From positions 17,167 to 81,166 of the forward strand of contig CAZBAS010000005.1 in the NCBI GenBank assembly GCA_964490395.1: DNA of 64,000 nucleotides, written 5' to 3'. Source of the stretch: an uncultured Candidatus Saccharibacteria bacterium (lineage in GTDB: Bacteria > Patescibacteriota > Doudnabacteria > UBA920). Made by a program: the position numbers and the translations under genes. The stretch's first letter is position 1, and every line of letters begins with the position of its first letter. Positions 57,146 to 64,000 of the stretch are shown in pieces. The notes beneath the pieces are model-generated. The model did no database searches. It was given only the letters and a program-made list of their open reading frames with translations, and was not told the DNA's origin.

Positions 57146-57658
57146 ATGAGAAAAATATTGAACGCCCTCGGGGCTCTGTTATACGGTTTGCGGTTTATAA
57201 TGTCCTTTTTTTACTTAGGCCTTATTGTTGTATTGGTAGCAATTTTGTACCAATTTAGCCTTGAAGTATGGCACATGGTGGACTATCTTCTTGTGGGTAA
57301 CGTAGCAAAAACCGACCTCATGATTAAGGCCTTAGAGTTGGTGGACGCAACCATGGTAGCTCAGTTGGTCTGGGTGGTGGCACTTGCTGGCTTTTCTTTG
57401 TTTGTGGCTAATGAACATTTTAAAGATGGCATACGCAAACCCGAGTGGCTGGATGACGTGAATACCTATAACTTAAAACTTAAATTGTCTTTCGCTATTA
57501 TATCTATTTCCGGAGTCTACGCACTTAAAACCTACCTGCAGGGAAACCTGACCCGGGTGGATATGCTTTGGACAGTCGGAGTCCACGTGCTCTTTGTTCT
57601 TTCTGCTGTTGGCATGGCCTATGCGGAATACATTGCCAAGAAGCATCATACTGAGTGA
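57146..57658 (+). CDS. YqhA / UPF0114 family membrane protein
   Basis: LVDATMVAQLVWVVALAGF and KLSFAIISISGVYALK are collinear with E. coli YqhA. Confidence 0.7.
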   Translation: MRKILNALGALLYGLRFIMSFFYLGLIVVLVAILYQFSLEVWHMVDYLLVGNVAKTDLMIKALELVDATMVAQLVWVVALAGFSLFVANEHFKDGIRKPEWLDDVNTYNLKLKLSFAIISISGVYALKTYLQGNLTRVDMLWTVGVHVLFVLSAVGMAYAEYIAKKHHTE

Positions 57659-57785
57659 GTAAATCCAAGGTTGTGTGATTTTTTGTAGCTATTCCCGAAT
57701 TGTGCGGGAGTAGCTATTTTGTAAATTGGTTGGGTTTAAATTTTTAGAGTACCATATAAGAGTATTGTAATTAGACAAAAAACAT

Positions 57786-57965
57786 ATGTCAGGAAAAATG
57801 CATAAGGGTGGTAGCAGCGCGGTGTATGGCATGGGCTTTATTGGTGCCGCGGTGTATTTTATAGGTCACGCGACAAGTTTTTGGTTGGGCGTGCTTGGTT
57901 TCTTAAAAGCGTTGGTCTGGCCAGCACTCATGGTGTACGAAGTGTTTAAGGCGCTCTATAAATAA
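57786..57965 (+). CDS. Small two-TM membrane protein (59 aa)
   Basis: Not in the ORF track. MSGKMHKGGSSAVYGMGFIGAAVYFIGHATSFWLGVLGFLKALVWPALMVYEVFKALYK. Confidence 0.3.
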   Translation: MSGKMHKGGSSAVYGMGFIGAAVYFIGHATSFWLGVLGFLKALVWPALMVYEVFKALYK

Positions 57966-58229
57966 AATAGATTACGTAAATAGAAAGGGTTGCCCTTATA
58001 CAACGCAAGGGTGGCCCTTATTTCAAGAAAGAAATATGACATTTCATACAAGGGTCGAAGCGTTGGCTTTGCTGGGCGATATGGAAATTCTTGCTTTTGA
58101 AGAGGAAGAAAAGGACCGTACATTGTCCAGCGGCGACACGCAACATTGGCATGTGTTCCATATAATAGCTAAAGTAAAATAGTTGCTTCCGTATTGGCAG
58201 AAGCCTTTGCTTTTTGATATCCTTGGTCT

Positions 58230-58841
58230 ATGAGTAACACAGAACAAAACCATGCATCAAGCCATAACAGTCTTACGCCGGCGCGGCTGGAAGCTTTTTC
58301 CGATGGCGTGTTAGCAATTATTATTACCATTACAGTTCTTGAGCTTAAAGTTCCAGTAGGGGAGGACTTTCATGCGCTTATGCCCTTGATACCCCTGGCT
58401 ATTGCCTATCTCGTAAGCTTCCAAACCGTGGGTACGTATTGGAACAACCATCACCACTTACTGCGCGTAACTGACCACGTAACCGCGGGCATTATGTGGG
58501 CGAACTTACATTTGCTCTTTTGGCTCTCGCTTATTCCGTTTGGTACTGGTTGGATAGGGGAGAATCATGGCGGCGCTGCTCCAACCATCTTGTATTCTGC
58601 CATTCTGGTTATGTGCGCCATTGCATATTTTATTATGCAGTCGCAGGTGCTTAAGAATTCGCCAAACCGTGAACAATTTATAAAAGAGTTTAACCGGAGC
58701 CCTAAAGGCATAATTTCCATATGTGTGTACGCCCTTGCAGTGGTAGCAGGGTTCTATAATCCCATAGTCTCCGACGTGTGCATTGTACTGGTCTCGCTTC
58801 TCTGGCTCGTACCCGACCGCCGCATAGAAAAGTATTTGTAA
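58230..58841 (+). CDS. TMEM175 / DUF1211 family potassium-channel-like protein
   Basis: RLEAFSDGVLAIIITITVLEL signature; six TM helices. Confidence 0.75.
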   Translation: MSNTEQNHASSHNSLTPARLEAFSDGVLAIIITITVLELKVPVGEDFHALMPLIPLAIAYLVSFQTVGTYWNNHHHLLRVTDHVTAGIMWANLHLLFWLSLIPFGTGWIGENHGGAAPTILYSAILVMCAIAYFIMQSQVLKNSPNREQFIKEFNRSPKGIISICVYALAVVAGFYNPIVSDVCIVLVSLLWLVPDRRIEKYL

Positions 58842-58861
58842 TTTGCTTGTGCTGTAACGCT

Positions 58862-59485
58862 ATGATTAACTTTGTTTATTTTGATATTGGTGGAGTTGTT
58901 GTTCAAGATTTTAGCGGTACTGACAAGTGGGAGCAGTTACGTAATGAAGTTTGTGGTATACGGGGGAGTGCGGAAAAGTTTGAAGAAATTTGGAATGCCA
59001 CTCATGACACGCATAATACTATATTAGATGTAGACAGCCTTGTTCCGGTATTTAGAAAAGAACTGAACTCTGACCTGCCGAAAAGCTACTCGTTCCTTAT
59101 GGGCTTTGTGAATAGGTTCGAAAAGAATGAGCCTATTTGGCCTGTTATAGCTGAAATACAAAAACAGGTTCCCGTTGGTCTACTTACGAATATGTACCCA
59201 AGAATGCTAGAGAGGATATATGCCGCAGGCATTATGCCAACCACACAGTGGAGTGTAACAGTGGACTCAAGCGTAGAAAGACTTCAGAAACCACAAACGG
59301 CAATATACAAACTGGCAGAAGAAAAGGCCCAAGCCAGTGGGGGCGATATTCTATTTATAGACAACACGCAGCGACATCTAGACGCAGCAGCAAAAAACTT
59401 TGGATGGCAAACGTTTTTGTTTGATCATACTGAACCGGAAAAGTCGTCTCGTTCGTTATTGGAGTATGTTAAGGAGCAGAGATAG
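58862..59485 (+). CDS. HAD-superfamily hydrolase, second copy
   Basis: MINFVYFDIGGVVV; ATG at 58862. Confidence 0.6.
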   Translation: MINFVYFDIGGVVVQDFSGTDKWEQLRNEVCGIRGSAEKFEEIWNATHDTHNTILDVDSLVPVFRKELNSDLPKSYSFLMGFVNRFEKNEPIWPVIAEIQKQVPVGLLTNMYPRMLERIYAAGIMPTTQWSVTVDSSVERLQKPQTAIYKLAEEKAQASGGDILFIDNTQRHLDAAAKNFGWQTFLFDHTEPEKSSRSLLEYVKEQR

Positions 59486-59530
59486 TTTTTTCACCAATAA
59501 ACAAATGATAACCTGGTTGATGTAGTTCAT

Positions 59531-60067
59531 ATGCCTTACTTGCCCGGCACCACATGGTATTGGAAAATTATTCTTCCTATAGCGCTCATAGTGCTAATAC
59601 CAATTATTCTAATAATTGCGGTACCTTTTTTGTGCGTGTATTTTTTGCGGAGATATTGGTTGCTGCTGCAGGTGTGGCGTGAGTGGGCGCCGCGGGGAAA
59701 ACATGTTCTCCTTGTGTATTCAGATAACCCAGAGTGGAAACAGTACGTAGAATTAACTTTGGTACCACAGCTTCAGCCTCATGTGGTGTTGCTCAACTGG
59801 TCGGAAAAGAATAAGTGGAAACATGACGATGTGCTTGAAGTAGAACTGTTTCGGCATTTTTACGGTAACGGTTGGCTTAGCGCAGAAAAGCTGAGACTGG
59901 GAGGGCAAGAGTTTAATCATGTTGCCATTGTATTTCGCCCCTGGTATGCACCGCACAAGGTACGGTTTTGGTCTGCATGGAAAGAACATACATTTGGCAA
60001 AGAAGAAGCTTTGCGGAAAACAGAGAAGAAACTTGTGGCCTTGGTAACAGGACCGAATATGCATTGA
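59531..60067 (+). CDS. Hypothetical membrane protein
   Basis: One N-terminal TM helix; 178 aa. Confidence 0.5.
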   Translation: MPYLPGTTWYWKIILPIALIVLIPIILIIAVPFLCVYFLRRYWLLLQVWREWAPRGKHVLLVYSDNPEWKQYVELTLVPQLQPHVVLLNWSEKNKWKHDDVLEVELFRHFYGNGWLSAEKLRLGGQEFNHVAIVFRPWYAPHKVRFWSAWKEHTFGKEEALRKTEKKLVALVTGPNMH

Positions 60068-60188
60068 CTATGTCTTCCTGCGCTCGAAATATAATAATCG
60101 AACGGTAGTGTATACATATAAAACCTCGACCATGATCGAGGTTTTATACTATGTCCGCTGTTCCGGTGCTGTAGCGTACATGTAGATT

Positions 60189-60662
60189 TTATTTTATGAT
60201 AGTTTGAATGCCCAAAAAATATTGTACTTCTCCTTGCTCGTCCAAGATGGGTGATACTCTATTAGTGCACTCGTATAGTGTGCCGTCTTTCTTTTTGTTG
60301 GTAAGGCGAACGAGGGTTGCTTTTTTCTGAACGAGAATTGTTTGCCAAAAGTTTTTATAAAACTCGTCGGGCATTTGTCTGCCCCAAATGGCCGGAGTCT
60401 TTCCAATTACGTCTCCGAGTGTGTACCCAGTAATGGCCTCGAGCTGTTCATTGGCGTACATAATTTGTCCTGCAGCAGAGGTTATGTAGACGAGCGTATC
60501 CTTACCATCTAAAATAGAATTGATGGTACCGCACCGAGTACATTTAATTTCTATGGTCGCTGTCTCTAGCGCGTGCTTGCCGAGTAGCTTAGAGCAACTG
60601 CGACAACGTAGTTCGTAGTCGTCGGAGTTTTGGGTATGTATATTTGCCGAAGTTGGTTCCAT
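60189..60662 (-). CDS. PAS-domain protein with an N-terminal Com-like zinc ribbon
   Basis: LRCRSCSKLLGK...IEIKCTRCGTIN resembles the Mu Com zinc-finger family; followed by a PAS fold (YITSAAGQIMYANEQLEAITGY). Confidence 0.55.
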   Translation of the reverse strand: MEPTSANIHTQNSDDYELRCRSCSKLLGKHALETATIEIKCTRCGTINSILDGKDTLVYITSAAGQIMYANEQLEAITGYTLGDVIGKTPAIWGRQMPDEFYKNFWQTILVQKKATLVRLTNKKKDGTLYECTNRVSPILDEQGEVQYFLGIQTIIK

Positions 60663-61781
60663 AAAAAGAGGAGCCCAAAACAAACTAATTTTGTTTTGAG
60701 CTTCGTGTGAGCTTCTAAAATAAGTGCTAAGACTAAAATTAGTATATCACAATTTTTAGAGCGGGATTGCGTTGGTGCAGTCCTAATATATTTTTTAAAC
60801 ATAGGCTAAGTCGTTCGCGCTGTTACGTGATGAGAATGTTTCGTTTGCCAGTAGTCGTACTACGTAAAAACTATCTGCCCTTTTTTTAGCAATGCAGGTG
60901 TGGCATTTGGTCTGACTAGGTCTCGAATTTTTCTTGCAGCAACGTTTGTCGCTTCTTGCCGGAGGTGGCTTGGGCTAGGGGGTCCATGTAAATCTCCCAT
61001 GGTGTAACAAAGGGGTCTGGCTATGCTGCTAGGGCTTGGGCCGAGCCGGTTGTGGGGAACACTTGTGGCCCCACTTAGAGCGCGGTGAGTGGGTAAGGGG
61101 TGCGACTTGGCTGCGCCTTTTCTATGGCGACAGTAAGGGGTAAGGTTTGAGATCCACGATCGCGGTGCTGTAAAGGTGGGAAGTCCGAAGCTTTCTGCGC
61201 TACTCGTGCCTATCAGAAATGTGGTTCTATGTCCGATTATGTGTGGACAACTCACTGGTAAGTTCTCCCAATTTTTTAAGCTAGTCGAACATTTTGGTCT
61301 CTGCCAGGAGAGATACGAACGCTAATACTTGTAACCGATCCCAGTTGGCCGCACTGAATGAATCTTAAAGAAAGTTCTTTAGAAACAAGTGTTTCATAGA
61401 TTTTATTAACATATATAACTTTGTATTAAATTCTTTCGACTACTATAAAAAGTGAACTAAGTTTCAAAAACATGTTTTTAATAATGTATACATTTTCATA
61501 TCCCGCGTGTTGTAAGTATGAATTACTTCGCTCTTTGTGTTCCATGGGGACTCGGGCAGTTTAAAAAGTGAAATTGCAATCATTTTTAGGGCGAAGTTTG
61601 GAAGAAGAATTGGGTACTAGTCCCTTGAAGTCTGTGCGCCTAAAAACATAAAAATTTTGCAGACAGAATGGCCTCAATTTCTTATACTTAATACAGGAAA
61701 TGCAGCTCAAAAAGTAGTGCAAAAAATCCTTGTTTGAAAGAAAAATCAGAACACAATTTAACAGTTATCAGGTTTCAAAAA

Positions 61782-64000
61782 ATGTTCAAAGCCTCTCCCG
61801 TAGCAAAGCTCTTTTTCTTCTCTGGTTGCCTTGTCTTGGCAGGCTTTTTATTTTTGGCTGGACCAGTCAAAGCGGTAGTGGCAGAAGAGCTTCCCGCGAG
61901 TGCCCAGACTGCAACTTCGGCTCTAGTGGTTACCCCGGAAAGTGTTTCTGCTCCTGAGGTGGTAAGCACCCAAGAAAGTGTCACAGCTCCTGTTTCGGAA
62001 ACTGTCCCAGAAGTAGCTGTAGAATCAGAAGAGGTCGTGTCCACTCCAGAAGTTGCGACAGTACCGCCAGAAGTTCCAGAGGCGAGTGGTGTTATTTCGG
62101 AAGAAGAGCCAAGCTCCGAAACTCCTGTCACGACCCCAGTGGTAGATGCTGATGCAACTTCACAGGCACCTACTCCAGAGGTTGTGGGGCCTGAACAAGG
62201 TACTGCTCAAGATAACGTGCCTACTACTTCCGAACAGTCTGCTACTGAGAACATAGCTCCTACACCCGAAAGCTCTTCTTCTAATTCCGGTGACGGAACA
62301 AATGCATCTGCCGAAACGGGCGCGGAGGCGGAGCAGCCAACTTCTACTGATGCGCAGGCAGATGCTGCTACTCCTGAAGTCGTAGAGGTGGTGCCAGAGA
62401 ATACACCTGCTGTAGACGTTGTCCCAACTGTTGTAGAAGAATTTACAAGCAATGGAAAAACCATTGTGGTTTCTGCTACGCCCGAGCAAGAGCTGGTGCA
62501 CCCCATGGTGAACATTCCTGTTGGCACCGACATTCCAGAAATTTTTAAAGTTGGTCAGGAAGATCAAATAAAAATAAAATGGCAGAACAATGGCAGCCAA
62601 GAGATGGAATTTACAGCGCTCGATACAAACGGTAACGGGTACATAGACCGTGTTGAATGGATAGTGCCGCATCTGTCCGTTCAGACATTTGAAATAATAT
62701 ATCTTTCGAATGCGTTTTTGCTAGACTCGAATAAGCAGGTGATTGATGATATCTACGATTTGGTAAAATCGCAAGATCAAAACTACGTGAGCGTTACCAA
62801 CGGCCAATATGTTCGAGTAACGTTTGAGCATATATTGGACAGCACCAGGGACATTACTTTGTATGCTCGACCGACCAATTCTGGAGAGCTCGGGCGCATA
62901 GAGGTCTACGATATGGACGGACAGTTGGTGGCTACCTTTGCGGACATAGATCATGATGGCAAATACAGAGTAATACTAACAGCGCTTACAAATCCTTCCG
63001 CTGTGTTTGATTTAAAAATATACGGCAACGTTGATATAGACTTTATTATTGACCCACCAGCTAACGCGTACTGGGTTGGCGGTGCGGGTAATTGGTCCGA
63101 TGCGGCAAACCACTGGGCAACAACTTCCGGCGGTGCACCTGGCGCGGGGAACTTACCCGATGCAACGACGAATGTTTTCTTTGATGCAACGTCTGGTTCT
63201 GCTGCAGTAACTATTGATGCTCCGGTAACTATTGGTTCGCTTACCATAAACGGTTACACTGGAACCATTACGCAAAGTGCCAATCTAGCTATAACCAACT
63301 CAGGTGGACAGTCGGGAAATTATTCTCAAACTTCAGCTGCAACATTTACTGCTACCAATCCGGGGACGAATACATTTTCTGCTACGGGAAGTTTTTCGGT
63401 TACCGCTGGTACGTTTCGTCGGTATACTGGTCTTGGTATAAGTGCGGACCCATACCTTGTGTTTGATGTGTACGGGCTACAGGGTATGAAAACAGGATTG
63501 TCCAGTTCGTACGAGTTGAACAACAACATTGTTGCAACTGTTACTTCGGGTTGGAACTCGGGCGCAGGATTTGTACCGGTTGGAGATAATACCACAAACT
63601 TTAGTGGTGTGTTTGACGGTGCGGGGTATACCATTAGTAATCTCTACATTAACTCCACGACACTTAACTACGTTGGGTTGTTTGGCTATGCGACCAATAA
63701 TATAAAAAATGTAACGCTTACTGGTACCTCAATTACTGCGGTTGGTACCGCGGGTACGGTTGGTACAACCGGTACTAATGGTACGGATGGTGTGGCAACT
63801 TCTGCAGGCACCAACGGAGGCGCCGGTACTGCGGGTAGTACTTTGTATGCTGGCGGTGTTGTTGGGTACAACACGGGCAACATTGCTAACGTGAGTGTGG
63901 CGGGAAGTGTCACGGGCACGGGTGGCGCTGGTGGCGCTGGTGGCAACGGTGGGAATGGGGGAAACATAACGAGTGGTACAAACACGGGTGGGGCTGGGGG
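61782..64000 (+). CDS. Very large secreted surface / adhesin-like protein with a GLUG motif (5' partial; continues past the window end)
   Basis: Not in the ORF track because it is open at the window end. Signal peptide MFKASPVAKLFFFSGCLVLAGFLFLAGPVKA; a T/P/E/V-rich linker; FSGVFDGAGYTISNLYIN...YVGLFGY (GLUG); then GT-rich GTAGTVGTTGTNGTDG repeats. All the listed minus-strand ORFs from 61775 to 63985 are antisense shadows of it. Confidence 0.7.
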   Translation, partial: MFKASPVAKLFFFSGCLVLAGFLFLAGPVKAVVAEELPASAQTATSALVVTPESVSAPEVVSTQESVTAPVSETVPEVAVESEEVVSTPEVATVPPEVPEASGVISEEEPSSETPVTTPVVDADATSQAPTPEVVGPEQGTAQDNVPTTSEQSATENIAPTPESSSSNSGDGTNASAETGAEAEQPTSTDAQADAATPEVVEVVPENTPAVDVVPTVVEEFTSNGKTIVVSATPEQELVHPMVNIPVGTDIPEIFKVGQEDQIKIKWQNNGSQEMEFTALDTNGNGYIDRVEWIVPHLSVQTFEIIYLSNAFLLDSNKQVIDDIYDLVKSQDQNYVSVTNGQYVRVTFEHILDSTRDITLYARPTNSGELGRIEVYDMDGQLVATFADIDHDGKYRVILTALTNPSAVFDLKIYGNVDIDFIIDPPANAYWVGGAGNWSDAANHWATTSGGAPGAGNLPDATTNVFFDATSGSAAVTIDAPVTIGSLTINGYTGTITQSANLAITNSGGQSGNYSQTSAATFTATNPGTNTFSATGSFSVTAGTFRRYTGLGISADPYLVFDVYGLQGMKTGLSSSYELNNNIVATVTSGWNSGAGFVPVGDNTTNFSGVFDGAGYTISNLYINSTTLNYVGLFGYATNNIKNVTLTGTSITAVGTAGTVGTTGTNGTDGVATSAGTNGGAGTAGSTLYAGGVVGYNTGNIANVSVAGSVTGTGGAGGAGGNGGNGGNITSGTNTGGAG

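Noticed and set aside
61141-61200. Possible SRP RNA or RNase P RNA (ggtgctgt... gggaagtccgaagc)
   Set aside because: Only partial resemblance to the GGUGCUGUUUACCAGGUCAGGUCCGGAAGGAAGCAGC (SRP) and GGAAAGUCCGGGCUCC (RNase P P4) cores. The other universally conserved segments (GGAAGCAGC; GGUAAGAGC...ACAGAACCCGGCUUA) are missing, so I cannot call it without a covariance-model search.
60860-61255. 131-aa minus-strand ORF in the GC-rich intergenic region
   Set aside because: The S/P/R/H-rich translation is typical of a spurious ORF in GC-rich non-coding DNA; I kept the region as a finding instead.
61775-63985. Seven minus-strand ORFs (77-170 aa) across the last 2.2 kb
   Set aside because: All lie antisense to one continuous + strand frame that encodes a coherent signal-peptide/GLUG-motif surface protein; their translations are low-complexity.

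Overview
This is a 64-kb bacterial window of roughly 45-50% GC. Lineage markers are a type IV pilin-like protein, an ECF sigma/anti-sigma pair, an OmpR/histidine-kinase two-component pair, RsgA, MscL, MsrB, a DEAD-box helicase and one tRNA-Asn(GTT); no rRNA or CRISPR was seen. The first ~35 kb mixes housekeeping and envelope genes. Positions 34.4-38.7 kb hold a tRNA-Asn followed by repeated copies of its own 3' end, and then a tight operon of an archaeal-type methionine adenosyltransferase, an unknown Zn-ribbon protein and an S51 peptidase. Positions 38.7-60 kb look like an accessory stretch of small stress/detox-type genes with several paralog pairs. In it are an AT-rich 701-aa orphan ORF, two SET-domain proteins (one in an operon with an AdoMetDC-like protein), and a divergent nucleotidyltransferase/phosphotransferase pair. 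The window ends in a very large partial GLUG-motif surface protein that the ORF track does not list. Repeated elements are a 'CTAAT'-based palindromic intergenic repeat at three loci, an 'AAAGGGTAACCCTTT' terminator palindrome at three sites, a 38-bp perfect palindrome, and a ~130-bp imperfect palindrome after the histidine kinase. Coordinates of features I derived by hand (non-track starts, tRNA, hairpins) are accurate to about ±2 nt; the ORF track uses TTG/GTG starts in places, and I note a more likely ATG where I found one.
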